64,000 nucleotides of DNA from Yuukianura sp. NJ FZ-2021 (lineage: Eukaryota), in contig CM102284.1 of NCBI GenBank assembly GCA_046563655.1, positions 4,340,001-4,404,000 of the forward strand. The letters run 5' to 3'. Every line of letters starts with the position of its first letter. Positions within the stretch are counted from its first letter, which is position 1. Below the pieces are notes generated by a model. It was not told the DNA's origin, ran no database searches, and was given only the letters and a program-made list of their open reading frames with translations. The translations under genes and the position numbers were made by a program. Shown in pieces: positions 1 to 15,100 of this stretch.

Positions 1-3000
1 CTTCTGTCCTGGATTGAAACTTTGTCAATTGTGTTAAGACAAGAGTTGGACTGAGAATAATTGAATTGCGATTCAAGTTGAACCAATTTCTGCTTAAGCG
101 TTCACAATTCAGACTTTTCAAATGTGTCTGACATTCTTTAAAAATGGAAAGGACTAAGATTCGGAACGGAAACTCCACCCTTCCTTGCTCTAGTTTAAAC
201 GGAAAGGAAAATGAGAGCTTCACAATTTGCTAAACTAAAAGCAAAAGCGATGCACCTAACTTCTGCCGAAATTGAAACTTACAGTTTGAGTTTTTCATTT
301 TCTGTCAAAATCAATTTCAGTTTCAGTTTTTTGATTTTCGTCAAAATCAATCCATGAATTTTGCAGCTTTCAGGAAACAACCTTACAAAAGGACTCAATC
401 TTCAAGGATTTTCTACTTTTTTTTTTTAAAAAAAATTTTTCAAAAAATTCTTTTGTTTTGGCCTAGAAGAATTGGTATAATTTGAAATATCGGCGGAAGT
501 TGATCAGTAAATGGGTGATAGACGCAGGTTGAAATACTTGAACCTACTGAAGACTTAAGCTTAAGGTAGGATTGCAAAATTCTCCTTTGCTATGGAACAA
601 GATGGGAAGATAATTGAGAAACCCTTGGTTGCCCATTCGGATCCAATTCCTTGCGCAGTCAGAAAAAAAAACTTGAAATCGCTTCTTGTTTAGATTTTTA
701 TAACAAGCTGAAGGGCAATGGACCTAGAACGATTGGAGTCAAGCCGTCAGGAAGTCAATTCGAACAATTCAACCCCCGGGGGGACCAAATCATCCCCAGC
801 AGACTCCACGAATTTAAAGACTAAGCTTGTTCAAAAATTTAGCCCTCTCAGCAATGGCTTGAGCAGCATCTCAAGGGCTGCTCAAAAAAGTTTCCAAATT
901 TCGAGAGAAAAAAAATTCAAGCTTTGGACATTGGTTAGACCGAGGTAGCTGGCTTTAAGAAAACAACCGATGAAGTGATGAAGCCTGAGTCTTGGTTGTA
1001 CACTACAGAAGCCTATTTTTTGTTATAGTCTTATTTGATAGACTATTTTAGCAGGGCTATTAAGGTAAAAAGTAGGAAGATGTTTGGTGGTGTACTTGAA
1101 TTGAAGAAGATTTGGAGGAAGAGGAGCGACAGGTGGAAGTTGTCCATGCGGAATTCCGCTGCTTTACAGGATTTGAGCTCCCATTTATTTTATTAGAACC
1201 ACTTAGGAATTAAAGGGGGCTGGAAAAGCATCTCTTAGTTCAGGCGTCCAGCCATCCTGCTTCTGCGCTCGTGCTTAATAATCTTGGTCCATTCAGAAAA
1301 TTACGTCGTCCGTCCGGGGAGTTTTTAGAGGGGGTGGGGGGTTGTCAAACTATGGTTTCAATTGCATGCTCAAAATTTCAAAAAAGTGTTGCATGTTGAT
1401 TTTAATGAATGAGACTCATACACAAAACACAATGGTTGGTGGCACGAGCTAAAAGTTTGCATCTTGCATGTTAGGCATTTTTTGGCAAAAATTGAACAGA
1501 GAGGAGAGGAGGGTGGTTCTTGGACGGACGCCAAGTCAAAATCTTGCAAAAGAAAACACACCCTCTTGGCATGCAATGTTTCCAAGTTAAGAAAAAAAAA
1601 GAGAAAAACACACAAAGTTTGACTTTTTAGAGCAATTTTTGGTGCGCAGATTCATTATAATTTTGCAATTTTGCAATTTTATTAAAGAATAAAAATTATG
1701 GTCGGGCTTCCGGTACTTTTGTGGGCTCGTGGCATCCACCAATCTCTTGACTTCATCTTTAGTGTTTCATTTCTTAACCTAAACTTATTAACATTTCCGT
1801 AAAAGTCAGTATTTAAAACTGTCAAGATTTGAAGTTGATTTGAAGATTTAGAGCTAAGGACCCTTGCAATTGCCTCCAAAAGTCAAAAAAAGTAGAAGAT
1901 TACTGAGATTAACTAGAAAAAGCTGCTAAATGACTTCCTTCTCGTGTTAATTACAAAACACGAGGTGTCAGGAAAAAAAAATCTAAGAAAAATACTTCCT
2001 GAAAGCTTTCCTCAGTTTTTTCTACCTTCAGGTCTGAAATTTTTTAATCTTGAAACATTTAGTTTTGAAAACCACAAAATATCAAACATAACATCTTGAA
2101 AAATACGAGAAAAACTGCAAGACGCATTGAGTTGGAATTTGAACTTTGACTATTTTATGTGTAAGTAGTAGTACTAGTGAGATTTTGAATTTTTTTTTGA
2201 ACATTTCCTTCCGCAGATTACGACACGTCAGGATTAAGTTCAAAACAAAAGAAAAAAAAACAGAAAAGCGAATTTGAAGATTTTTTTTTCCCGAGACTTT
2301 TGGATTTTTTTGAAATTTGAAGTTACATTTTCTCTCGGATCTGATTTGAAACTTTTCTAACTTGTGTGAAATGTAATTTGTACAAGTTGCATGTTAATAA
2401 ATTTTGTTAGTGGAGTTGTAGAAGTTAGCTGTTGGATTTGGGTGGTTACGTATCCTAATTATTTGAAATTTGGCTTGCGAGTAATTAGAAAGTACAAATA
2501 GGAGGTCAGTGGCCTCTGACTCGACCAAGATCACGGATTGCTGACCAACCGGTAACTTCTGTGCCAACGTCCATGCGTGCGTGTGACCCTAGGTCTTACA
2601 ATTTACAATTGCTTACAGTACTGCGCAAAGGAATTGCTGCTGTTTGACCCGCTCGTGTCAATAACTTTTCTACTCTGATTGTTCTCAAAAGGGCAAAGAC
2701 GCAAACGAACGTTAGGAAACTAACGTAATTTTTTAACAATTTTTGACCAAGGATCCAAAAATACTTGGACCATAACGTTTTGAGTGTTGTGCGAACTTAG
2801 AGGGCTATCTTGTCCACTTTCCAAATTTTTGTTATTAAAGTTCTACTTTTTTCGTAATTACGGAGGAGGAGGAAATTTCGAAATTACTCACAAACAATTC
2901 TTACAATCTCTAACTTTAGTAATTTCTCAAATTTTTAAATCTTAACGGTACACTAATTTTGATGCGAACCAACTCAAAATTCACAACAACAACATTTAGC

Positions 3001-4516
3001 ATGCTAGCTTTTCAAAATTCCATTTCAATTTCAATATTACAAAGTTGTCAAAATTTTGAAAATTCGTATTTCAAAAAAGTGTTACACTATTTTTTTTTTA
3101 GATTACTTAGTCCATTGGTCAACATAAACTTCAATTCAGATTTAGCTTATTATTTCTCTTTTCTAAGTAAAATTTACAAGGATTTCAATCCTGCAAAAGC
3201 GAATTGGGTTTTCTCAGCAATAATTTTCAAACGTTTCCAAATTCTGAAGGAAATCATGAAATTATTTTTTCTTTGGCAAGTTTTTTGAATTTGAAGTTTC
3301 CTGACTTTTCCACAGATTTTCGTGCGTGTTTTCCTTTCACTAATTGAACAGGATCTTGGCCTCGTGCAGTGTCGTGTGCCTAGCAAAGCGTTACTTGTTA
3401 ACCTGAGCCCCTTCATAACTTCTTTTTGAATGAAAAATAAAAAAAAAACGAAGGCGCAAGGGGTCAGGAACAAGATTCAAATCAATTCCAAGAAAAGCCA
3501 AGGCAGGCGTGACCCCTTGAAGTCCCTTTAAATTTGGTAGTTTGAATGAAATTTAAAAACCGAATAAGATTTCCTGTTGATTAAGGACCCTCAGTCCAAG
3601 TCGGATTTCCGTTGGAAATGAATTAACTTTGGAAGAGGAGGACTTGGAGTTTGTCGGTTCTGGTCCAGCGTAGGTGGAGGAAGCTGCTGAAGCGTTAAGG
3701 GCCCCCTTGGCTACAAGTACTCCCCTTCTTCCCTTAAGTCCTTTAATTCGATCTCGTGCGGAGATTAGACAGTAAAGTAGCAACTTCAAAATAAAAAAAA
3801 GGAGTTGTCATAAGTGAGTGATTTTCAGATGGTCAAGACTACGAAAGTCTTGAAGGAAACTCGTATTTTTTGGCTTCCTTTTCCTTTTTCTTTGAAGCTC
3901 GAGCCAGGCACGCGCTTGAAAAACTACTTTTTTCCCGAAACTCAAAAACAGCTTTTTTCAGAAGCTAAAAATCACCTGCTCCTGTAAAAAGCTCCTCCAT
4001 TAACATTTCAGAACCTAAACATACGCAAGGTGTTTCGAAAAAGAAAAGAAGAAAAGTGGGCATAGAACCACACACAAAAAAAAATCACTTCTTCAAATTT
4101 TCTATGCATTTTCTGGTTTTATAGACGTTTCTTATAGACTGGATTTTCTACGCCGTTTTCAGACATTTTCAATTTTTTGTTTTTGGTCAAATCCAAGGAA
4201 AGGAAAATCGAAAGAAAAGGAGAAAGCGTTATTACAACTTGTTTGAAATTTCACACATAATACGAGCCTTATATGCTAGGCTACCTCAAGTCCCTAGGTG
4301 ACTTGAGGTAACGTAGGGAGCCCTTGAAGGGAGGATCAGGAAAATTAAGAAATTGGATAGATTTTTAAGGTTTTATTTGTTCATTCCGTTGGAGAGCGGA
4401 GTGGGAACAATGTGTTTAGAAAAATTCAAAGGAAATTGCGCTGTTCTAAGAATTTGTGTTGTTCTAAACACAGTGGCACTGTGAAGTAGAATGGAAAATG
4501 ATATTTCTGAATTTAC

Positions 4517-4673
4517 CTGTTCCTTCCAGGAGATCCACGTGAGGAACAATTAAAGTCCTGTCGTCATGCTCAAATATTTGAAGCAGATCTTTCAACTGTG
4601 AAGATTTGCGCTTTTGTGTCTTCCTCCAGAAACTATCTTCCTTCCGAAGGTCATGCTGTTCATCATTAATCAT
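4517..4673 (-). other. Possible first coding exon of an unidentified minus-strand gene
   Basis: AAAATG start, a 52-codon hydrophilic ORF and a good donor CAG|GTAAAT. No recognisable homology and no downstream exon found. Confidence 0.3.
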
Positions 4674-7600
4674 TTTCCTCAGTCACAGTTCATCTCAATT
4701 GTTCAAATTTATTCAATTAGTGATGAAGCTACTTTTTAATGTTAAAGGAAAACAACTAATTTTTAAAACGAAGAAATTGACATTCCACCATTCCAGATTC
4801 TATCTTAAAACTGAACAGATTTCGAATCGCTTGAGTTTGTAGCATCTCAGAACATTCCGCCATTCATAGAAAAAAACGATTTCGGAAACGATGAAAAATC
4901 TTTCATGAGATGTAAAATTGCTTTCGCCGCATTTAAAAAAAAAATCTGAAATTCAGAATTCGGATTCGTGCTTATTTCAGAAATTGCGTTTTTGGCATCC
5001 GACGTTTTCAAAAAATGAAGCTTTCAGTAAGCAAATCTAGGCTCCTGTTTTTGTTTTCTGTGTCATGGGTTGGGGACTTGAAAAGTTTGGAGTGCATGCC
5101 ATGGATTTGTTTAAAGGAAATTGTCTAATTTTTCTTTTTTGATATGCGCCAGACCCAATTTGACTCAAAAGTTAAACTACAATGAATTTTGTTCAGTAGA
5201 AGACAAATAAAATACAAATAAATTCCCGTTGCCCCAAGTGAGTGACAGAGTCTCCTTCCGTCGAAGAACAATCGCATGCAACAGACTAGGATTCTCAGGA
5301 AGATGCGGATTTTATTCCAAGCGGCAGCGATTTCCCGAGCTTATGTTGATATTGTCCTCCAGCAAAAGCCAACAGGTAGGCATACATAAGGAGAAGGTGG
5401 CGATGGTCGTAAGAAGGGGACAAGAATAGAGGAAACCGCGGTGGTGGTGGAGGAAGTGGAAATCCTAAATTATCATATGACGAAGCACATCGTTCGTAAG
5501 TACCTCAGCAGTGTTCTAAAAAGTTGAAACTTAAAACACACCGTGTGGGAAACCGCGTTTCCTCTGCTCAATCCAGAACCCTTTTGTAGCCAAAATAACA
5601 CAAACAATTGAGAAATGCAAGTTTTCAAAAACTTTTCACTCAAATTCAAGTCATAGATGTGAATTAAACGAATTGAGAGATAAAATATATATTAAATCTA
5701 TATTTCTTTATATTGAAATCATGCCAAAATCCGAAGGAATTGGCGTGGGAAGCAAGTTTCACCTTAGATTTTTATCACTCGCCGATTCATAAGCAACCTG
5801 GACAAATCTTAATACATTTTCGTCAAAAAGAATTTTTTCGGGTTTTCTAAGAATTCGAGAGTTGATACTTCCAAAAAAATAAAATTATGTTAGGTTTTAT
5901 TTAGAATAGGCGAATTAACCTAACATAAGTTGAGATTCTGCTAAGTCTCGAAGGAGGTAACCTGATAAAAACCTGCTTTCACCAAAAAATTTACCTTCGG
6001 AAGCAACCGGAAAAAGTTGTGTGACTTTGGCATTTGTCAAGATTAGTTTTAAAATACCAAAAAAAATGCGAATTTTCCAAAAACTAAAACTGACATTTCT
6101 AGCTAAAAGTAAATTGTGGGTTTTAAAAGTTTTTATAACTTTTACTTTTAAGTTAAAAGTTAAAATAAACCGTAAAGGTTGAAGTGTATAAGCAACGTGT
6201 CTGGCCAAATTTGCTGATACTAACTATGAGCAATAGTTGAAAAGTTTAAAAACTGTAAAACTTTCATTTTGAGATGGTAAGAAAGTGAGTCATTGTTTGG
6301 TTGTGTTGTTGTTGACCTTTTGAGTAAAAAGTGTTCCTAGAGGTCATTGTTGGAGGAGATGATTATGACTATTAAGGGTAGTTTTGAACACTGAACGCTA
6401 CTTCTGCGGTGAGCACGAGCTCACACAAACAGCTTCCTGTGATCTTCTACTTTTTTTAAATTTCTGTTTTCAAAACAGCACCTGGACTATGGTTTGTCCG
6501 TGTTAATCATAACCTTTCCTTTGAACCTAACCGATTAATTCAAACACCAGAAGCTTGTGCACGGCGTCAGCGGTTTCTTGCCTGGATCCACACGGCAGAC
6601 CACCGTTTCCAACAAAAAACTGTTACCGAATGCACTTTTTAGATCCAACTTAAGTTATTTTGAGATTAAAAATGGCCGAAGATGGACTACCGCCAGAATT
6701 TAGATTTAGTCCAATTCGGTCAATTGAAAAAGTGTTGCGAGTCATGATGATGAACAATTGAAAAGAAGCAGTTCCGGTGGAAATTACAAAGGAGAATGGA
6801 GTTTTCCCGAAGTAGAAGACAAGAATAGATTTTCAGTAAGGATCTGAACGTTGAGATTTCGGTAGGGTAGGCGGTGAATGTTGTGACGTGTGTTACAGCG
6901 TCTAAACCCATTAACACTCGTCCCATAACAAGTAAAGTCACATAAAACTTTGATTTAATACCCTATACAACGCTTGGCAGGTGGAGAACCTTCAATTCCC
7001 ATTACGAACCCCATTAATTGTTTAGCCGATGATGGTGGCTCGGGTTGGGATACTTCGGACGGATCCTCCGGAAGACAATGCAATAAAATTTCACACCAAA
7101 TTTCTATTGTTTCCAATCAACGAGACTTCAGAACCCTCAGATTTTGCATTTTTGCTTTAGTTCTCATGTCAAGTCGAAAATCCGCTTTATCTGACGAACG
7201 TTTACCTCCGATATCCACAGAAATAAAAAATTTTCAATGATTTACCATAAAAGACACTTCTACGATTCGGAAATCCGCGATTTTTAGGAATTCAAGCAAT
7301 CATTTTTGGTTGGTGCCGAAAATTTTGGAATTTAGAATTTCAAGCTTCGAAATCTCAAAAAAATACAACAACTACCCTATTTATCGGCGTTTACCTCACA
7401 CTAAAACAAAATTTTGCAATGTTCAGGATTCCAAGGAAGATTCACGCCAGGATCTGAAACATTGGGAATGCTTTGAAATTCAAAATTTTGAAATTTTGGC
7501 TCAGCATCTGGGAATTTGGTTTCTAATTTCTTCTGAAACGTAATTGACGCCAACGGTACCGGTAGATGCAGAGTAGAAAGTTGCTAAAGCGTGACACGGT

Positions 7601-10600
7601 GATGTATCATTGACATTGTTTCGCTCAATTGGAAATCGGCAAAGTTCAAGTGTCGAGGCAGCTGCCTTTGTCTAAGAAATCAGTTTAGGTTGCCGTTGCG
7701 TCCAAATTTGAATTGGTGTCTTTGTTCAGATTGTTTCTTACGTAAAAGCGTTGGTGGTAGTGTTTGGGATGTTTTTTGAGGTAAAAAGTGTCTATTGTTG
7801 GCAGTATTAGCAGGGGAATACTGCAGGTACGTTGAAAAGTTGTGCCCAACCTACCTGTTGTTTTGTTCGGCAAGAGTAATCCAGAGCCTCAAAGATTCAG
7901 TGAAGCATCAGACTCTACCCAGGTCTGTTCCGCTAGTTTATCATCCCACCTTAACCCTCTCCAACAATACTTTCAACAATACTTCCAACAATAATCATTC
8001 ACACACCATCAATTCACTACTTTTTAAAACAAAAAGTTATGTTTTAGTTTCAGTTTTTTAAATTTTTGAACACAAAACAACGAAATTTAAATCTCTTCTA
8101 CAATCATTCACAGAAAACGACGCCGTTCGAAAATTCAGACAGTTGTAAACCGCTACACACCCATACACAATAAACTGTAAAGTGATATAGTTCATCTAAG
8201 TTTGGCGAAATGGCAATTAAGTAACTGGTTCTTTAGAAGCAAACGTAAGTAAAATTCTTCAAATTTTCAAAATTTCGAAAAAAAAATTGAAAAAAAAGTT
8301 GATTCAATTTTTTTAAACACAACTTGTCTCTTGTTTATTAACTAGTTTTCAGTGCAAATAATTTTAGTAAAACTTAAAAAAAATAAAGAAATACTTTTCA
8401 AAATTGAAATAGAAACAAAAAAAAATCGAAATGGAAATGTAAAGCTTATGATTTTGCCGCTAAAGTAAGAATATAAATGGGATTAAAATTTATGATCGAA
8501 ATAAAAATTTATTTCGAATTTACGCGGATTTGGTTATGTTTTATAAAGAAAACAAGCAAATTATTGTTTGTTTTATTCTATCCAGTTTAACGAAGTAGTA
8601 AATTAGGAAATATTTAACTTGGTATGCAATTTAGCACGTCGTTAACATTGTCCAAATTGAATCATTTGCACTTGTTATCCTTTGCTTTTGGAAATGCTCA
8701 CTTTTTCCTCCGAGTATGAAAAAATTGTAGAGAAAGTTGCGTGTTCTCTTCCAATTTTGTCCCCTTTGTGTCAACAATCACTTTTCTCCTTTTTTGTCCA
8801 AATTGGTTCAATCGGTGGTTTAGGAAAGAAGAGGTGACAAATTGGCTATCGCCAGTGAATGACTATTGGCCCAATTTCCACATTTCCTTCAACTATTTTT
8901 GCCAAATTGTGCCAAGTAATGCTAAATTCAGGAGGCAGGATTTGGTAGCTGTTTCGTTGGCTGTAACTGTTTGAACGGAATGTTTTGAAAGTGCTTGAGA
9001 GTCGTTGACTTTACAAATGAAACCATCTGACGCTTCAAAAGTCTTTCTTTTCCTTTCCAACTTCCCACTGCCAAGTTTCTTTCAATTCCAAAATGTGAAT
9101 GTGATGGACTGACATATGGTCACAGTTAGAATTAGAAATATACATTTATACATACAAAATGCATAAATGTAATGCTAAAAATTTGCGTATTTTCACCAAG
9201 GAGCTCATTAACTAATGACGAGTGTCCAGACTTTAGGATTCCGCTTTTTAAATTTCTGCAATAATGGAAACATAATTTTTCAAGTACAAAAGAACAACCT
9301 CAGCCTTAGTTTGCCAAAATTAGTAAAAACTTCTGAACAATGGATAATGTCACATTAGCTTCAAAGAAATAGAAAACCTCCCGCTAATTAGCAAACTATT
9401 GAATTCGAATTTACAATTTTGCAAATTTTCAATTCTCAAAATTCAATTTTGGGTATTAAGTGTAGTTCCGTAGTAGGAGTATCAAATAATTATAGTTTAA
9501 ACCATGCTACGATTACGGAATAGGCAATGACAACAATATACTTATTGAAAATTTTTGCTGTATAAGTATAAGTTTGAGCGTTAAATTTTTTTTGTCGAAT
9601 TTTGATCACAGAATTGTGTATAAAAGCGTTTTTTGAGATGAAACAGTTAGAAACCAAAATGTTAAAAATCATTTAAGCAGAACGGAATCCACACGTCTGT
9701 ATTTCAAATCTTTCATTTTTGCACTAAATTGCCAAAATAAATTCTACTATTGCGAGGTTAACCTAAACATTTTTTGTACCTTTGTTGCAATTTTGCTCAT
9801 GTGGTTCGTTCTTTCATTTTTCTAATTTCACACACAATGCCAACTTTAACATTCGACTAAAGTTAGGTATCACTTTGTACAACTTTCGAAACACTTTGGA
9901 AGCTTTTCTTTCAATTTTGTTCTTAAAGCAAAAACTGTTTCGGTTTTTCACGATTTCTGGACCTGAGAGGAAAAGTTGATGCAAAAAATTGCGAATTGGA
10001 AGGACTTGCGTAATATTTAATAGAATTATGCAAACGCAGCGCAGCGTAACGCACCAGCTACTGAAGTCTGAAGGGTGGTTTGTCCCTAACCCTTCCATTG
10101 CTTTATGCATCGCTTCCCTTCACTCAAAAATCTGTGTAAGGTTCCTGCTTGAGTAAGCGCCGTAGTAAACAAACGTTGACGGCAGTTGTTACCTAACCTG
10201 AAACAAGCGTTTTTTTAGCGTAGTAAACCCTATGACTTTGACCTTTACTGTAGCATCTGCTGCTGCTAAGTTGAAAAATCCTAAGAAACCTTGTTCGTTG
10301 GAACTTTGAATACGATTTTGAATGATATCCTCAATATTTTCCCACGCCCAGAAAAAAATTTCAACAAAATTTGAAACTTTATGCTGGAAAAATTCTCCCA
10401 AGCTACAGCGGCGGTCCCTTAAACCAGTTTACTGGAGTCACATCAAAGGTCTTCAACGACCAACGGTCCCAGATTTTCACACTGTACAAAACCATGTAGA
10501 GCTCTCCGCACAGACACTTAGTTATGACCAATTAATTTTTAACCAATGTTTTGTCTTCCCATAGATTCCTGAAATTTCAAGGCCACGAGATTCCTGGAAG

Positions 10601-10678
10601 TACATTCATAAAAAAGGCGAACACGGGGTACGCTTGAGCAGAACTGCGTCTGTGCGGAGACATTTCAGGCCTTGAGAA

Positions 10679-10766
10679 ATGATTAGCAGCATGGACGGTT
10701 TGGGCGGGGGCTCCGGAACGACGATTCTTCAAAATGTCTCCAACGACGAGTCCAGTAAGAAGAAGC
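10679..10766 (+). CDS. Putative distal alternative first coding exon of Pax2/5/8 (MISSMDGLGGGSGTTILQNVSNDESSKKK)
   Basis: ATG at 10679 and a consensus donor GTAAGT at 10767. It is phase 1 and joins the paired-box exon at 25203 in frame (R-HGGVNQ). An acceptor-like TTGTCTTCCCATAG ends at 10564. Confidence 0.5.
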
Positions 10767-12117
10767 GTAAGTTTCTATTTTCGGAAATACGGCCAAATTT
10801 CGAAATTTCGAAATTTGGTTTGGTAGGGGTTCCGCTCATTCTGAATTTCCAAAATTTCGACACCAAGAATTTTAGAAACCGGCAACAGAAGGGGAATTCA
10901 GTTATTTCAGAAGGGGGTTGAAGTAGGGGGGGTGAAAGTGTGCTAAATTCTAAGGTGATGATGTTTTTCTTAAAAGTGGATTTTTTTTTCAAAATTTTGG
11001 GTTTTCTTTTTCATTTTTTTCGATTTATTTGACGAGTAGTGTTGGTTCTTAGCTCGTGCTCCCATTTACAAGTCTCGTCCTCACGTCCCTTGAGGGTAAA
11101 TTGAAGGATTTTGAAAGAGATCTGGACCAAGATGCTGATGGTTCATAATGATCCTTGAGTTATAGAAAAAAAAGTAGATTATGAATGGACCCATATAGAC
11201 CATTGTCCACCCCCAATCATCCCCTTAAGTACGTTTTGAGTCTTCTAAGATACTCAGAGGTGTTAAGCACCTCCACCGCAAAGCTTAACATCGTCGCTTC
11301 AAGAAAGAAATCAAGAGACAATGAAAATCTGCTACAAACCTCGTACCTGTTCCTCTCCCTCTGTAAAAATCCAACGTCCAAAAGCCACTTTTGTACTGGA
11401 ATTGAAAACAAACCACTTTTTCCAACCCCACCGGAAACTTACTAAAAAAGTCCACAGTGAGGCTACATCCGGTCCGTCCAGTCTCTAACTCCTGTTTTGT
11501 CTACTTGACTGTTGGAACTCTCCGTAAAAAAGTAATTATTCTTCTGCTGAGATACTACCTTCTAAAAAAACATTTAGCATAGCATAGCTTATACCAAAAA
11601 CATAACCCATTCCGAACTAAAGTTGATGTGAAAATCTAGTTTGTAAAACACATAAAGAGTAGTGGAGACGGAGAGAGAGGGGGAGGATAACAATAGACTG
11701 ACTCAGATTTTTAATAACTTGATTCTGCCCGTATTTTTTCCCAAACACTTTTTGTTTTCATCCCCCTCCGCCTGCTTCTCCCGGGAAGCGAACCTACGAC
11801 GCAAAATTCCAACAGGTAATATTTTTCCTACCTGTTGAATAATTTTCAAAACATTAAATCAACTTTTCCTGCTGTGGAGTGATCCAGTGAATGCTAAAAA
11901 AAAATTTTAAGTATTGTTTCAACCGAGAGGGTTGATCTATAGAACAATGGAGCAGGAAATGGAACAGATCAGGATCTAATATCCTCTTTTGCTGTCCAGA
12001 GATTAACATGAAAAATCTAAAGAGCCAATCAATCCAGGAACAATCAAAATCCACCCCCTCTAATCAAGCGCTTGAGGGTGGGGAGCCCTCTGCCCCCTTT
12101 GATCCTACATCTTGCTT

Positions 12118-12145
12118 CGTGGGAATATTTAGAATATCGTGGGAA
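12118..12145 (+). promoter_or_regulatory. Pair of high-affinity Su(H)/CSL sites (CGTGGGAA x2, starts 20 bp apart)
   Basis: CGTGGGAA at 12118-12125 and 12138-12145 in the Pax2/5/8 non-coding region. Function is inferred. Confidence 0.45.
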
Positions 12146-15100
12146 AGTAGGCGAAAAAAAAAGTTTGGCGCCGAAAGCTCAAAGGAATTGATCTTTTTAC
12201 CAAAAAAATTTGTGCCGTTTTTGGCAAAGTCATCTCTCAGTGCTATGTGTCGAAAATTTTGAAAAAGCTTTCTCAGGGTGTCAATTGTCACTTTAAAAAG
12301 TTCTAATTTAGGATGAAGGGTGAAAATTGATTCATGATTCATCATAAACATCCATTCAAAATTCTAAATCGATTTATGCACGGAGTTTTCAAAAAAACCT
12401 TTCAAAAGTTCACATTCCCCGATGTACCATTTTTGCAAGATTTCTCCGAATTTTTAGTGAAAGTTTTGAAAATGATATGAAAAAGTAAGATTTGGTGTTA
12501 AGAATTTTTTTTTGAAAGTGTTTAGGGGGATGAATGAGTCCATTTGTGTAAGATGGAACTTCGTGTTGGAATTTCCTTGTCTTTTCCCCATTGTAGGAAT
12601 TTGTAAAACGATTTTTTTTTTGAATTTAAGTTGAATTAGGATTTAAGTTGGATTAGTCAGCAGAATCTGGACACTTTGTCCAAAGGAAGGTGCATGTTCC
12701 TCAGTAAAACAATTGAACGAAAGCTTCTTTTCTTTACGCATGTCTATGTGTGGGCTTCCTATTCACAAAATCCCGAAAAGAAGCTAAAAGAAGTCTTAGC
12801 TTAAACTCCCGCATCTTCCAGTGCCTCAGGCAATTTTGTAACTTTTATTAATGACAAAGGACACCACCACCACCCGGGAGAACAGCTCTGAATCTACTCA
12901 CTGTTCTTCATTCATCTCCTCTTCTCGTCACTTTCTGGACAGTGGTTTCCAAAAAAAAAAGTCACAAAAAATGACAGATTTTAAAAAAGTCAAAATTTCA
13001 TTATAAGATCCGTTTCGGCAATACTTTTTACGCCAGTATGAAAAATTTGAGATCAATGTCACTGCAAACTTTTTAAAAACGAAGTTGTAAGCATGAGCAA
13101 GCTCTTCGGTAAGGAAAAGTTGTTTGCCGAAAACAAGCCGAAAACTTGCTCCACAAAAATACTAGCAAGAATCAAAATTTCGAAAAGAAAAAAAAACAAG
13201 GAAATAATTGGAAATTATCATAATACTATTTTTACGACATAACAAGAACTTTAGCACACGCCCAAAAGCAAAAATTTTCAAACATGCATTCAATTTTCAA
13301 AAAAGATCTAGAAATGTGAATATTTCAATTCATATTTCATATTCTGTATAACGAGTGATGAAAGTAAAAAATGCGAATGTATGGGGGGATTTTGGTGGTC
13401 CAAAGCGTTCCTCTTTTTTAGAATGGAGACAAGCAGTGTAATTGTGTTCATGACTTCCGGTTGAAGGGATTTTTTGTGTCCTGCAAAACCTTTCGGTACA
13501 AGACCAAACTTCATTTTTTATATATTCTTGAATCTACAAAGCCCAAAGGCTTTTCTAAATGTGTGGATGAACGAAGTCATTTTTGAAGCATGATCCATTC
13601 TTCATGTGTAGTAGAGATGTCGAATTCCTTAATACATGAAATTAAACTCAATTCTTTTTGGTTCAAAACTGTCCAAAAACCACACATTTCTGGCAAAGAA
13701 AGAAAAAAGGCAACCTCAACTTGCAAAGGAGTAATTGCGGATTGCTTATAACGTTTTATGTTTCTATAGGTGTAATAACGTTTCCTGCGTATGAACACTT
13801 TAACCAATTTTTGCAATTCCTGCTGTTGACACTTTTGTGGATCAATACTTTGTATAGTACTGCTGAATTTGAAATTATTTGAAAGAAAAACATACAAAAA
13901 ATGCCGTGTGTGTGAGAAGAAAATTGATTTCGACATTTTTTGTACCACGTTTGTACAAGGTTTGTCAAAATGCTGTATACTCAAATTACCTTGATTTAAA
14001 ACGATGTCCTCATTTCTACTACTCGGATTTTTTTTTAGTTTTTGCAAAAAAAAAATATTCTCACAATCCAACTCATAAGTTTTTCGACAAATATTGATTT
14101 TTATGGGGTCGATTGGAAACTGTAAATGATAATTTATGTTTTAAAAAAACATGGGGGAATTTCCGTAGCAGAAAATGGAAGAATTCCGTTGCAAAATTTG
14201 AAGTCAGACTTGAAGTTGGAATGGGAGTTATTTTTGAATTTCCAACTTGGACTTCTGCTTACTCATTTCTATGTAAATTATTTAATTCCAATGTTAATAT
14301 GTTCATTAATATGTATGAGAAATACAAAGTAAAGGAATGAAAGGAGGCTTTTGACACTTTTATTAGACGAAGCGAATTCAAAAGCAGATGCTGCAAATTC
14401 GTTTCTTTCACCAACGAATATCAACTCCGAGTTTAATTTTGCACAAGCCAAACTTAAGATGATTGGTTGCTAGCTTGAATCAGATTTACCATCATAAAAG
14501 TTAGCTCAATCAACAACGCTAAGCGCGAGGTCTTGTTTCATAAGATTTTCACAATTTCGAATTTCCTCAATTTTGAAAATTTGAAAATGCCAAATCGAGT
14601 TTACCTTTCACGCAATTCTTTTGCAGAGCTATCTCGCGGTTTTGAGCTCAGCATTCGTCACGAATTTGCAACGAAACAGAACGCGAGTATTTTTAATGTT
14701 GATCATTCATGAATGCTGGAATATTTTTCAGGTTATTAGAAATGACAAATTCCATGTCTAAAAAAAACGAAAGTTGAAATGCTCATTTTTTGCAATTCCT
14801 ACAATCTGTGATCTTTTATGTTTCCATTTTTTCATTTTTATATTTTTTGATGTTGTGGTACGATATGGGCATGAATGAAAGAAGTGATGAGCGGAGCGTC
14901 TGGAGATTTGAGTCGTGGGTTTCCTTATGCAAGACGTTTTTGTTAATGGAGTCACGGTTCCATGGGCACTGGCCTCGCTTTCCCCATTAGCCCCCTTTAT
15001 TCTTATTAATCCAACCTCATTTGTATTTATCCAACAACATTTTGGAGACAGAAGGAATCCGACGTCTTCAGAGGTTTAGGCTTCCCACAACAATTCCTCC

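Noticed and set aside
5229-7240. Exon-like GC-richer patches with GTAAG donors (about 5496 and 6836)
   Set aside because: I could not assemble a consistent open frame. They may be non-coding exons or chance matches.
13577-14071. 164-aa minus-strand ORF
   Set aside because: TTG start, no recognisable domain and no convincing splice sites. It may be decayed coding sequence, but I cannot support a call.
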